Source of the DNA: Escherichia phage PNJ1902
Strand: one strand, 5' to 3'
Sequence record: OK254197.1
DNA: 64,000 nt
Under the pieces are notes generated by a model. That model ran no database searches and had not been told where the DNA came from. It saw only the letters and a program-made list of their open reading frames with translations. Both the position numbers and the translations under genes were made by a program. Below are positions 54,413 through 64,000 of the stretch, in pieces (within the stretch, counting starts at the first letter, position 1; each line of letters opens with the position of its first letter).

Positions 54413-54925
54413 TTAATTTAATAAATTAAGTCATTTGATCTTGATTTTTAAAAGTCAAGACCTTTTCTAACTTTATTTCAATTTTGCTTTTGTTAAATAT
54501 TTGTTAAGTCCAATTTAAGGCATCTAGAACGCATTCTAAGCGCCTTAAAAACTAACCTAAGCAAGTGCATTGCTTATACGCCTTTATCGCCATCAGGAGG
54601 ATTCTAGATTTTGTCAATACCCCCAAAGCAAATATAAATGAAAAAATTACTTGCCTATCTGTCATGTTTTGTGGTATTCGCGCGCCCGTTTCTTTTAATT
54701 TTAATGCGCCGCGCCCAGGTCGCCGCACGGTGTCCGGTGGCGTTTGTCTTTACATTTCTTTACAAAAAGAAGGTTGCGCCTTTTTCGTTGTTTGTTATTA
54801 TTTATCTCGTAGGGCGGCAATGACGAACTACACGGCGGGAAGTTTACCGCCGCGCTCTTTAAAAATTGGGTATATCTTAAAGCCTATCGGCGGTAAACTT
54901 ATTTACATTATAAGGAATCGACGAT

Positions 54926-55084
54926 ATGACAACAATATTTAATGATCATCCAGCTACTCACGACACGATCGAAAAGATCGAGCAATGGGTAAAAAAGGCA
55001 AATGAATACTATGCTAATCATTCAGAAGCGGTAATAATCTGCAATGATGGCAAAGGTTTATACGCTTTGGAGGATCTCAAATAA
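54926..55084 (+). CDS. Hypothetical 52-aa protein
   Basis: ATG after AGGAATCGACGATATG; below ORF-track cutoff. Confidence 0.3.
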   Translation: MTTIFNDHPATHDTIEKIEQWVKKANEYYANHSEAVIICNDGKGLYALEDLK

Positions 55085-55284
55085 TGCAAACTTTATTGAT
55101 CACTGGTAAACCTAGCAAGGCACTGGATACCAGAACAAAAAATTTGTTGACAGTAGCGCAAAGATCGGTAAAATATCGATTTAAGCAGTACAAGAAAGGT
55201 CGCCAGCAGGGTCTGGAAATGATCTGGCGAAATATTATGATTGACCTGAAAGAAAATCATAAAAAATCTCAAAAAACTGTTTGA
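55084..55284 (+). CDS. Hypothetical small basic protein
   Basis: ORF track. Confidence 0.4.
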   Translation: MQTLLITGKPSKALDTRTKNLLTVAQRSVKYRFKQYKKGRQQGLEMIWRNIMIDLKENHKKSQKTV

Positions 55285-55514
55285 CAACCTAGCCGATAGG
55301 TTTTAAGATGTACCCAGTTCGATGAGAGCGATAACTTGATAAAATTTGACGGTCGGTGCTTACCATAATGCATCCCGCCCCCTAACTGGGATATAGCGGC
55401 CTGCGTGGAGTTCTTTAAATTGATTTAACTGGCGAGCGGATTGTTACTTATTACCTGCTACTATTTTCTAGCAGGTAATGCGAAACAATCCCCTAAATAA
55501 CTGGAGTTTATACT

Positions 55515-55766
55515 ATGCAAAACGTTACTAATGCGCCGAAAATTGGTCAATCCGTTTTTATCCCTTTCGTTACCAAAACGGATGAATTAACCGGAAAAGC
55601 CGAACGTATTAAAGGTGCGGCGCTTATGCCGTTTGATACAATCGATGCGGTATACGCTGAAAATGAACGCAGTAACAACGGAAAAACCGTTTATAACGTT
55701 CGCGTTAAATCCGGCGACGTTGTAAAGGTTGTTCAACGCAACGAAAAATGGGAAGCCGTTTTATAA
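55515..55766 (+). CDS. Hypothetical protein (pre-early-like module)
   Basis: ORF track; CTGGAG RBS; terminator hairpin downstream. Confidence 0.5.
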   Translation: MQNVTNAPKIGQSVFIPFVTKTDELTGKAERIKGAALMPFDTIDAVYAENERSNNGKTVYNVRVKSGDVVKVVQRNEKWEAVL

Positions 55767-55774
55767 ATTAGTGT

Positions 55775-55812
55775 TAACTTTATATGCCCCAGTAGTTCGG
55801 GGCATATAACGA
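55775..55812 (+). terminator. Rho-independent terminator
   Basis: atatgccccagtagttcggggcatat. Confidence 0.55.
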
Positions 55813-55863
55813 TTAACATTAGTTAATCTTATCCCTTAAATTAAATTAATTGGAGTTTTTACC

Positions 55864-56271
55864 ATGACTAACGCAAAAGCCGCAAAATTTTCTTGGAACG
55901 AAGAAAACACCCAAAAAGCTGTTACCATGTATCAGCAGTTAATCAATGAAAACGGTTTAGATTTCGCAAATAGCGACGGCCTGAAAGAGATTGCGAAAGC
56001 AGTTGGCGCGGCTTCTCCCGTGTCAGTTCGCTCAAAATTGACCAGCGCGAAAGCATATCAAAAAAGCGATAAGCCGCGCAAAGTTGGCGGCGGTAGTTCA
56101 ATCCGTAAAGCTCACTATGTACGAGTAATTGCAAAACACGCTATCGATTCCGGCATTATCAAGGACGCCGATGATCTGGCAAGCCTTGAAAGCGCAAAAT
56201 TAGAAACGTTGGACGCCGTGGCGCAACTGTTAGGCGTTGCCGATGAGGTAAAGCAGGCCGCAGGTGAATAA
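55864..56271 (+). CDS. Hypothetical protein (pre-early-like module)
   Basis: ORF track; TGGAG RBS. Confidence 0.5.
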   Translation: MTNAKAAKFSWNEENTQKAVTMYQQLINENGLDFANSDGLKEIAKAVGAASPVSVRSKLTSAKAYQKSDKPRKVGGGSSIRKAHYVRVIAKHAIDSGIIKDADDLASLESAKLETLDAVAQLLGVADEVKQAAGE

Positions 56272-56276
56272 ATTTA

Positions 56277-56310
56277 AATAGCGGGGGATTATTCCCCCGC
56301 TGTAATTCCC
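56277..56310 (+). terminator. Rho-independent terminator
   Basis: agcgggggattattcccccgct. Confidence 0.55.
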
Positions 56311-56330
56311 CTTTAATTGGAGTTATTAAA

Positions 56331-56528
56331 ATGATCTTTTACCCCGCTGAATCGCTCATTCTAGGCTTATTTATTATGGCGGCCTCATTATTGTTCGCTT
56401 ATTTTCAAAATGATTTAGATTCGTATTATTTTAAACGCAAATCTAAGTTAGCAAAGCGGTTAGGTCTGATTTGTTTTATTGCTGCCATTGTTTGTGGTGT
56501 TAGTTCTAGCCTGATGCCTATTAGTTGA
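56331..56528 (+). CDS. Small membrane protein
   Basis: ORF track; two hydrophobic segments. Confidence 0.45.
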   Translation: MIFYPAESLILGLFIMAASLLFAYFQNDLDSYYFKRKSKLAKRLGLICFIAAIVCGVSSSLMPIS

Positions 56529-56624
56529 ATGTTGCAAATTATAACGCCTATTATTGGAGGCGTTATATTTGGCAATATTGCCAATAATAAACGTTTTTTA
56601 ATCCCTTTAATGGAGTTTATTACT

Positions 56625-58289
56625 ATGATTTTTTCCGCAGAAAAACAAACCGTTATCCTGAAACTAGCCGCTGACTTTAATTTCTATGGTAAACGTCTGC
56701 GCGCTACTAAATTGGAGGTCTGCGACGATATTTCTAAAGCGGTTTATGATACTGCAAAGCATTCAACCGCTATCTGCGACTGGTTAGAAGCAAATAAACC
56801 AGCGAAACCGAAAACAGCGAAAGCGGTGAAAGCCATTAAAAACGACGAGCGCCCTGAAGCGGCTGGAATTATTTCCAGCACGGTGGAACAGTGGGAAGTA
56901 AAACAAGGCAAACGCTTTATTATTACGTCGATTCAGAATAATACTTTCCCGCATAAAAACTTTTTAGCCTCACTTGAACAATATGCTAAATTTATCGGCG
57001 CTGATTTGCTTGTTTCTAAGTATATTTATAATAAAAACGGTTTTCAGAATGGAGAAGGCGCAGACGGTGTAAAATATGCTTCCGCGTTTGATAAATATAT
57101 TTGCAGCAAAAACGTGTTTTTAAATAATCGCCGTTTTGCTTTCATGGCTGAAATTAATGTTTTGCCCACCGCGGATTATCCGCTATCTGGATTTGCAGAA
57201 ACTGCAACCGCGCTTAATCTGGAAGGTCTGGCAATTGGTCACGCTAAAATCACCGCCGAAAGCGTCCCAGCTCTCAAAGGTGAAGTAGTACGCCGCATGT
57301 ATTCAACCGGAACGGCAACGCTTAAAAACTACATTCAGCAAAAAGCAGGGCAAAAAGCGGAAGCATTACATAATTACGGCGCGCTTATTGTCGAGTTTGA
57401 CGAAGACGGTGAATTTTTTGTTCGCCAGCTTGAAACGATGGACGAAAGCGGCATGTTTTATGATCTTAATGTTTGCGCTACTCCCGCCGGATGTTTTGAA
57501 ACGTCGGGGCATGTTTTAGGCTTGCAGTATGGCGACGTGCACGCTGAAAAATTAGATGATGAGTGCGCCGCAGCGTCATGGGCTGGCGACAATAGTTTGC
57601 TCGATATTCTCAAACCAAAATATCAGTTTATCCATGACGTGCATGATTTTACATCACGCAATCATCACAACCGCGCGTCTGGTGTATTTCTAGCGAAACA
57701 GTATGCAGCCGGACGTGATAAAGTTCTGGATGATCTCATCGACACCGGGCGAGTGCTGGAATCAATGGAGCGCGATTTTAGTCAAACGATCATTGTCGAA
57801 TCGAATCACGATTTGGCGTTATCTCGTTGGCTTGATGATCGCAATGCTAACATTAAAGACGATCCAGCCAACGCCGAACTGTACCACCGCCTTAATGCCG
57901 CTATCTACGCAGCTATTGCAAAGCAGGATGATACTTTCAACGTGTTAGATTATGCGTTGCGTACGGTTGCAGGTTGCGAGTTTAACGCGATTTTCCTAAC
58001 GACTGATCAATCTTTCAAGATTGCAGGCATTGAATGCGGCGTACACGGTCACAACGGCATTAACGGCAGCCGTGGCAATCCTAAGCAGTTTAAGAAATTG
58101 GGCAAGTTAAACACGGGGCACACCCACACCGCCAGCATATACGGCGGCGTATATACGGCGGGCGTTGCTGGTTCCCTAGATATGGGCTATAACGTTGGCG
58201 CGTCAAGCTGGACGCAAACGCATTTAATTACCTATGCAAACGGTCAGCGCACTTTGATTGACTTTAAAAACGGTAAATTCTTTGCGTAA
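56625..58289 (+). CDS. A1: A1-like pre-early protein with calcineurin-like metallophosphatase/nuclease domain
   Basis: GDVHAE, HD, SNHD, HGHNG, GHTHT motifs; about 554 aa from ATG 56625 after GGAG; followed by A2-like and dmp-like genes. Confidence 0.55.
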   Translation: MIFSAEKQTVILKLAADFNFYGKRLRATKLEVCDDISKAVYDTAKHSTAICDWLEANKPAKPKTAKAVKAIKNDERPEAAGIISSTVEQWEVKQGKRFIITSIQNNTFPHKNFLASLEQYAKFIGADLLVSKYIYNKNGFQNGEGADGVKYASAFDKYICSKNVFLNNRRFAFMAEINVLPTADYPLSGFAETATALNLEGLAIGHAKITAESVPALKGEVVRRMYSTGTATLKNYIQQKAGQKAEALHNYGALIVEFDEDGEFFVRQLETMDESGMFYDLNVCATPAGCFETSGHVLGLQYGDVHAEKLDDECAAASWAGDNSLLDILKPKYQFIHDVHDFTSRNHHNRASGVFLAKQYAAGRDKVLDDLIDTGRVLESMERDFSQTIIVESNHDLALSRWLDDRNANIKDDPANAELYHRLNAAIYAAIAKQDDTFNVLDYALRTVAGCEFNAIFLTTDQSFKIAGIECGVHGHNGINGSRGNPKQFKKLGKLNTGHTHTASIYGGVYTAGVAGSLDMGYNVGASSWTQTHLITYANGQRTLIDFKNGKFFA

Positions 58290-58291
58290 TT

Positions 58292-58335
58292 AAATTATTC
58301 CCTAGCGGCTTGAAATATAGCCGCTATTATAGGAG
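58292..58335 (+). terminator. Terminator-like hairpin
   Basis: tagcggcttgaaatatagccgcta. Confidence 0.45.
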
Positions 58336-58342
58336 TCAAAAA

Positions 58343-58600
58343 ATGAAAGTTATTCTACCCAAAACACTAGACGAAAAAGCGTTTATTTCCCCCGATGAAA
58401 TGGAATCCGATAAAGTTTACAGCTTCGGGCCTATCCTAGCCGCCAAAACTAATACTGATGGAATTATTACAGTCGATTATCGTGATAATGATATTGTTCC
58501 TTTTGACGATGATGACGCTTTTTATGAGTGGTTAAGCGATAATAATTTACCCGTAAGTGGTGAATTAACGCCGTATCAGATGCAAATCATTATCAAATAA
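58343..58600 (+). CDS. Hypothetical acidic protein
   Basis: ATG 58343 after AGGAGT; track ORF 58310 start lies in the hairpin. Confidence 0.45.
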   Translation: MKVILPKTLDEKAFISPDEMESDKVYSFGPILAAKTNTDGIITVDYRDNDIVPFDDDDAFYEWLSDNNLPVSGELTPYQMQIIIK

Positions 58601-58638
58601 TTTAAATCCCCTATTAAACTAATTGGAGTTTTATAACT

Positions 58639-59031
58639 ATGAAAAAGCAAAATATTCCATTCGATCGCGCTCAATCTTCCATTGTTCTGGTTTATTCTAA
58701 TGGTGAACGTTACCACGTCGAGGCGGGGCACGTTATTGATGACCTATTAGATTTCAATGACGCATTGCAGGTTACAACATTTGCATATATGCAAGGCAAA
58801 CTAACAAGCCATATTAAAGCAAAAGGTGTTTATGTTGACACGATGAAACAAGAAACGATTATCATCGACGCAGTAAAATCCGGTCTAGCCTTTGCAGTTG
58901 TCGCGCCTTGTCCGGCTTGTCTTGATGATCAACTAATGAGCGCGAAGGTATTTACATGCGCGGGCATTCGTTCCCATGTATCCGGCGAAGATATTAGTTA
59001 TATCGCTGATGCGTTGGCGTATGGTCTTTGA
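58639..59031 (+). CDS. A2: A2-like pre-early protein, putative
   Basis: 130 aa, position between A1-like and dmp-like genes; assignment by synteny and size only. Confidence 0.35.
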   Translation: MKKQNIPFDRAQSSIVLVYSNGERYHVEAGHVIDDLLDFNDALQVTTFAYMQGKLTSHIKAKGVYVDTMKQETIIIDAVKSGLAFAVVAPCPACLDDQLMSAKVFTCAGIRSHVSGEDISYIADALAYGL

Positions 59032-59039
59032 TAGTTGAT

Positions 59040-59070
59040 TTATTATTGCCCGCTTATAAATAGCGGGCAA
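59040..59070 (+). terminator. Terminator-like hairpin
   Basis: ttgcccgctataaatagcgggcaa. Confidence 0.5.
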
Positions 59071-59111
59071 TGCTGGATAAACTACATCCCTTTAATGGAG
59101 AACGTAACAAA

Positions 59112-59846
59112 ATGAATCAAGTTAAAACGAATATTACCCGTAATTTCCCGCATATTTCCCGCGTCATGATTTGGGATCTTGATGGCACTATCGTTAATTC
59201 ATTCCATCGTGTCGCGCCTTGCTTTGATAGCGATGGGAATTTAGATTTAAATAAGTATAAAAATGAAGCGTGTAAGCATGATTTAATAATGCAAGATACT
59301 TTATTGCCTTTGGTGGAATATATGCGCCAATGCATGAATGACGCAAATACTTTAAACATTATTTGCACCGCTCGACTGATGAGCAAATCAGATTATTACT
59401 TCCTACGCAAACAAGGTTTGCGCGGTCGTGGTGATAGTAATATCCGTGTATTTTCCCGCGATACACTGCATAAATATTTTGAAGCTGATAAGGTTAGCGA
59501 GATATACCACAGCAAGGACGCAGTTTATAAAAGTTATTATTTTGAGCTATTCAAGCAACTATATCCGAACGCTGATTTTACAATGATTGATGATCATAAA
59601 GGTGTATTATCAGCGGCGGCATCATACGGATTTAAAACGCTGGACGCGCAAGCCGTTAATGATATTCTATCAATCGGCGTGGCATTGATAGGCGGAACCT
59701 TTATTGATGAATCTCTCGATGATGATAATGATTATCAGTTCCTAGCTGATCGCTTAAAGTTATGTTGGGAAAGTATGACAGAAGAAGAACGCGCAGAATA
59801 TAGTTGCAGCCCGCAACAATATATCGAGAAATTAAAAGTTGCGTAA
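59112..59846 (+). CDS. dmp: 5'-deoxyribonucleotidase (HAD-type), Dmp-like
   Basis: IWDLDGTIVNS (HAD motif I DxDGT); 244 aa from ATG 59112 after GGAGAA. Confidence 0.55.
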   Translation: MNQVKTNITRNFPHISRVMIWDLDGTIVNSFHRVAPCFDSDGNLDLNKYKNEACKHDLIMQDTLLPLVEYMRQCMNDANTLNIICTARLMSKSDYYFLRKQGLRGRGDSNIRVFSRDTLHKYFEADKVSEIYHSKDAVYKSYYFELFKQLYPNADFTMIDDHKGVLSAAASYGFKTLDAQAVNDILSIGVALIGGTFIDESLDDDNDYQFLADRLKLCWESMTEEERAEYSCSPQQYIEKLKVA

Positions 59847-59857
59847 TAATTAAAGTT

Positions 59858-59900
59858 GAGATAGTTTCACCTTGCAATTAAAATGGTTGCAGGGTGAAAC
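59858..59900 (+). terminator. Rho-independent terminator hairpin
   Basis: gtttcaccttgcaattaaaatggttgcagggtgaaac. Confidence 0.55.
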
Positions 59901-60021
59901 AGTTAGCATGGTAATAGTAACGGGGGTGGCGGTTAGCAGACTAAGTATTCTCCCCCTAGCCACTGCACCCACCCACGCGTACGTAATCCAAAGAATTTGA
60001 CAAAAGTCATTTTAGTGCTAA

Positions 60022-60558
60022 TTAACTGTTTAACTGAACAACATCTGGTATATTCCCTTTGAATGCCTCTTGTACTGCAAAGCTGCCATGAAATTTCTTT
60101 CTTAGTAAATTCGCATAATTTACTGCGTCTTCCAATCTGTCATAGGAAAAATACTTAGTAGTACCTTTTATAAGTCCATGCTTATCATGTAACCTTACCA
60201 TCCATTTCTGGAGTCCCTTATGCCACGTAACATTTAGGTAGCCTGAGGATGTTTTTGAGGTTCTACCATTATGATTATTTTCCGTAATTGTAGCTTCTCG
60301 CAGATTTGACCACCTATTATTTAGCTTATTTCTATCTATATGGTCTACACATTCCCCCGGCCACCTATTTTCCATAATAACAAAAGCTACTTGATGTGCA
60401 TAAGCTTTAAATCCTCGATACTTAAGCTGCCTATACCCCCTATTTAAAGTACCTGCTTCTTTATCCTTACGATTGCCACTTTTCCAGGTGAAAACTCCAG
60501 TTTCGGGATTATAAGCAAATGCTTCTTGTATATCCTGTATACTTAAATTATTCTTCAT
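60022..60558 (-). CDS. HNH homing endonuclease
   Basis: VDHIDRNKLNNRWSNLREAT..EN motif. Confidence 0.65.
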   Translation of the reverse strand: MKNNLSIQDIQEAFAYNPETGVFTWKSGNRKDKEAGTLNRGYRQLKYRGFKAYAHQVAFVIMENRWPGECVDHIDRNKLNNRWSNLREATITENNHNGRTSKTSSGYLNVTWHKGLQKWMVRLHDKHGLIKGTTKYFSYDRLEDAVNYANLLRKKFHGSFAVQEAFKGNIPDVVQLNS

Positions 60559-60772
60559 CGCTCACCTTTGTCCGAAATCTCTTCCGCGACGCCCGAGATC
60601 CATCCGACCATTCCCTCTCAAACTCCGCACGTTTCTCGTCAAACTTCCGCTCCCTTTCCGCAATCTCCCGCGACACTCCCGCAATATATTTACGATGCTC
60701 GTTGATTGCCGCAGTCGTCCCGAAAACTCCCGCAAGTATCCCGATAATAAAAGCAATTATAATACTAAACAT
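60548..60772 (-). CDS. Small membrane protein
   Basis: ORF track; N-terminal TM. Confidence 0.4.
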   Translation of the reverse strand: MFSIIIAFIIGILAGVFGTTAAINEHRKYIAGVSREIAERERKFDEKRAEFEREWSDGSRASRKRFRTKVSDEE

Positions 60773-60959
60773 CTAATTCCCTCTCAATTTGCAGAATACG
60801 GGTGCTATCACAACGTTGCAGTAGTACTAGCTTTTCTAGGATAACTTGTTGTTGTTTTACCTGAGCTTCTAGAGTTTTTAGGCGGAGATACACGATACGA
60901 GAGACAATGAGGATTACCCAGACTAATATTACTATTAGTGTAACTGCCACTTCCATCAT
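60765..60959 (-). CDS. Small membrane protein
   Basis: ORF track; N-terminal TM. Confidence 0.4.
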   Translation of the reverse strand: MMEVAVTLIVILVWVILIVSRIVYLRLKTLEAQVKQQQVILEKLVLLQRCDSTRILQIERELDV

Positions 60960-61368
60960 TTACGTTTCTCCGATAGTAAGGTTTCAATTCTAGCTAGATG
61001 ATTATCTAAAATACACTGCCCAATAATCACAATCCCCAGTAGTGTAATAATTACCCATTCCATTAAATCCACCCCGCCATAGCTGCCAACCAAAAACCTA
61101 CAAAAATAAAGAATAAGATAGTTCCGAACCCAAAACTATTTATCCAGCTATCATACACCTCTCCACGTCTGCTCTTTCTTTTATTTGACATATCTTTCAT
61201 GCTCCAATAAATATGGTATTTTAAAATATTTTATAGTTTGTGCATAACCAACCATGCTCGTGACTTCCTAGAAGGGCTTTTCACTTTCTTACATAGTGTT
61301 TTCTGCTAGTACACCATCCAAGAAATAAAAAATTTAGTTTACTTGGATGTCTTTTTGCTTTATACTAA

Positions 61369-61635
61369 TTACAGGTAGTTAGATTGCTCTAGTTTAAATT
61401 TACAATCACCATATTTAAGGTCAAACTGACTGAGATCCCACCATCCAAACTTAGTACGGAGCTGTACTACTGGAAAGCGATCTCCCTTAATACGAACTTT
61501 TTGAATCTTGAGACCGTAATGTTCTTCTCCCGCACCACCAAAAGATTTTACAAATCCAGTACAAAATGGTTTGGGAGCAGGTACACAACCAGATAACATA
61601 ACTGCGGCAACTAGTGCAATCACAAACTTTTTCAT
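61369..61635 (-). CDS. llp: Lipoprotein Llp-like (lytic-conversion / receptor-blocking lipoprotein), putative
   Basis: Signal peptide with lipobox LSGC; small; divergently adjacent to receptor-binding protein gene. Confidence 0.5.
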   Translation of the reverse strand: MKKFVIALVAAVMLSGCVPAPKPFCTGFVKSFGGAGEEHYGLKIQKVRIKGDRFPVVQLRTKFGWWDLSQFDLKYGDCKFKLEQSNYL

Positions 61636-61720
61636 ATTTATCTCTCCATTTCTAATTTATGAATCTATTATAGCAAAATAGAGGGATGAAAGCAAATACA
61701 TTTTTATAATAGGAGATTAT

Positions 61721-63508
61721 ATGGGGTTTTTCGCTGGAAAATATAGCGATGGTAAGACCGTACTATCTTTAAATACTGAATCTGGTGGTGACATTAATCG
61801 TCACTATAGTCCAAATGCCAATAGTATTTTTCATAGTGATATGCCATTTGTCCTAGTTGACGGTACTTATGAAGCTGGGTTAGGTAATGCCGGAAATGGG
61901 TTTTTTGTATGTCAGATGCCCTCTGACATAATAAATATTAAATCCAACGACCCAGGTAGAGTTATACTAACTGCTATTGAGATTAATGGTACTCATAGGG
62001 CTTTTCTTAATGGTACTCAGTCTCAAGTTGGTCAATTTACTGCATTTTTTGAAGATCCGCCTATTGGTAGGGCAGGTGCAGAAGTAGGTCTTACGTCAGC
62101 TTTTGCATCAGGTAATAGTTTAGCACATGGCACCTATATTTATAACTCTGGTTTAGGCCATGAAGAATCAATTGCTAGACAGGGTACAGGTGGTACCATA
62201 TCTCAAGCCTCCGGGTTTAATTTATATAGGCCTGGTGGTGCATATGCTGGTGAGGCTATTGGAAGGGCGTGGACTCTAGCAGGATTTCCAGCAGGAGCGT
62301 CTACAGTACCTATAGACGGTGGTAATGCTGACTACTGGCACCCTAATTGGCAAGCTCCTATAGGAGCCGCCTATAGAGGACATAATTGGTTCTACGTTTG
62401 TAACTCTAATATACGAGGTTACGTAGGTAAAAAGGGCACAGTACCAGCTAATGTTAACTTATTATACCAATCTCCTACGTACCCTGATAAGGTTTATATA
62501 TGTAAAGGTTCAACGTCTAATCTAGCAGCACAGGCCGCTAAGAAAGTGTATGTGCAGGATTGGTATAACATAACTCCTACTAAGGTTATTTGGTATGTAC
62601 TTAATCTAAGGTACTCTAATGGTAATATGGGCGTATCTGGTAATCCATTTACTGGGTCAGATATACTTATAACTCCATCTAATTTTACTATAAAAGGGGT
62701 TAGTTTACCAAATACTGGATATAAGTTTATTAACCAAAATGCTTTTGGTAACTTAGGTTATAGGCCAGATATGGAATACGTCGGAAATAACGCAGCGTAT
62801 ACTGGAGCCTTTGGAGATACCACTGCGCGTTGTGAAATTGTAGGATCTAGTAATGGATCTTTATGGTCTCCTGTAGATTATGGAGGAGCCAAGTCTCAAA
62901 TCAGTATTTACAAATTCGGAGCAGGTAAGCAATGGTACGTAAACTCAAATAATAACACTATTGGTAATGAGCATGGAGCTGTGTGGAGTCCTAGTACTGT
63001 ACCATTAAGACTATTTCCAAATAATGTTGCTAGCACCTACGTTGGTGATGACATAACCCCCGCATATCCTGGAGCAGGCAACTACTATAGAGCTTTGGCC
63101 ACCGTAGGATTAGGATTGCCTAACGCTAACGCAACGGTAATATTAACTACGGAAGTTATTATGGGTAATATTAATACGGCTGGAGGAGCCATACGCACAT
63201 ACGGTGGTACTGCTTGGCAAGTACAAGGAAGAAGGCAGCATAGTTACACGGAAGGTGATGGAATATTCCATCAAATATTAACCTTACCTCCTGGATACTT
63301 AGTCCCATATCACTCCACTACTGCATACAGTTATACTCAAACTTGGGCAAGTAGACCTGATGAGTTAACATTTAGAAGAAACGGATATATTTATACTATT
63401 AAAAATCTAGGAAATGGTAATGCTGAATTGGGCGTAATTATTCACGCTGATGAGGCTGCAGCTATTTTCCTACCGAGATTAAGAGTAACAGTTCAACGCC
63501 TTACCTAA
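61721..63508 (+). CDS. Receptor-binding tail protein (pb5/Oad-like), putative
   Basis: 595 aa Gly/Asn/Thr-rich protein divergent from the Llp-like gene; assignment by synteny and size. Confidence 0.45.
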
Positions 63509-63518
63509 AGGAGGAAAT

Positions 63519-64000
63519 ATGGCAAATGATGTATTAGTACCAGATCTTATGTCCCCTGAAGGGATGGATGTAATTGAAGCTTATTTACAGTGTGGCAGCG
63601 ATGTGCCTTCTGCCGCACGTAGTCTTGGAATGTCCGAAATTGCTTTTCGAGATATTATGAATCGTAGTGAAGTTAAGAACTACTTAAATGATATTTTTAT
63701 GGAAAGTGGTTTCCGTAATAGGGATCGTTTATTTGGTGTTCTAGATGAAGTTATTAAACGTAAACTAGAGGAACTAGAAGAAACTGGTATGGGTTCTGAC
63801 CAGGATATTATGGATATTCTCTGGAAAGCACACAAGATGAAGATGGAAGAGATGAAAATGATGGTAGAATTGGAGAAAGTGAAGGCAGCAGCCCGTACTC
63901 CAGCTAACCAGACCAACATCCAGAATAATATTATTGCTGGAGCTGGGGATCAAAACTACATGGATTTAATTACTTCCCTAGCTACTGGAGGTAAGAAGTA
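63519..64000 (+). CDS. Hypothetical HTH-containing protein (possibly terminase-small-subunit-like), 3' end beyond window
   Basis: ATG 63519 after AGGAGG; open to window end. Confidence 0.3.

Noticed and set aside
54420-54925. Track ORFs 54565..54942 and 54638..54823
   Set aside because: Overlapping, no RBS, and translations look like frame noise in a GC-rich intergenic region; a short 52-aa ORF at 54926 with an RBS is the more plausible coding feature
51700-60000. GC-rich segment as host-derived insertion or assembly chimera
   Set aside because: Gene content (A1-like metallophosphatase, HAD-type 5'-nucleotidase, HNH endonucleases, phage-type terminators) fits a phage pre-early/terminal-repeat module; the composition shift alone is not evidence of chimerism

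Overview
This window reads as a segment of a T5-like (Demerecviridae / Tequintavirus-like) virulent coliphage genome, based on gene content and promoter architecture, not on any database search. Layout: (1) 1-7400, minus-strand genes including a truncated replication-type P-loop NTPase, a Sir2-like protein, a HAD phosphatase and anaerobic ribonucleotide reductase NrdD. (2) 7500-20200, plus-strand early genes (PhoH, NrdA, NrdB, DHFR, thymidylate synthase, RNase H, NADAR-like, DEDD exonuclease-like, cell-wall hydrolase), each behind a near-identical strong sigma70 promoter. (3) 20270-32800, a large tRNA cluster (about 25 hand-folded tRNAs plus several longer tRNA-like elements) interleaved with small ORFs, an SPFH gene, a Toprim protein and a GIY-YIG/T5orf172-type endonuclease. 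(4) 33000-49900, more early genes: GrcA-like glycyl-radical protein, dNMP kinase, ClpP-like protease, holin and endolysin, thioredoxin-like protein, two metallophosphoesterases, many small membrane proteins and Zn-finger/GIY-YIG paralogs. (5) 50000-51700, an ORF-free repeat-rich region with at least 9 iteron-like 14-bp repeats and Fur-box-like palindromes, followed by inverted repeats carrying DnaA boxes and a LexA-box-like palindrome; I interpret this as an injection-stop-signal-like locus. (6) 51700-60000, a GC-richer module with A1-like metallophosphatase, A2-like and Dmp-like 5'-deoxyribonucleotidase genes flanked by HNH endonucleases (pre-early / first-step-transfer-like). (7) 60000-64000, small membrane proteins, an Llp-like lipoprotein and an adjacent pb5-like receptor-binding protein. 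All coordinates, tRNA folds and anticodons were derived by eye and need confirmation with tRNAscan-SE/ARAGORN and homology searches.
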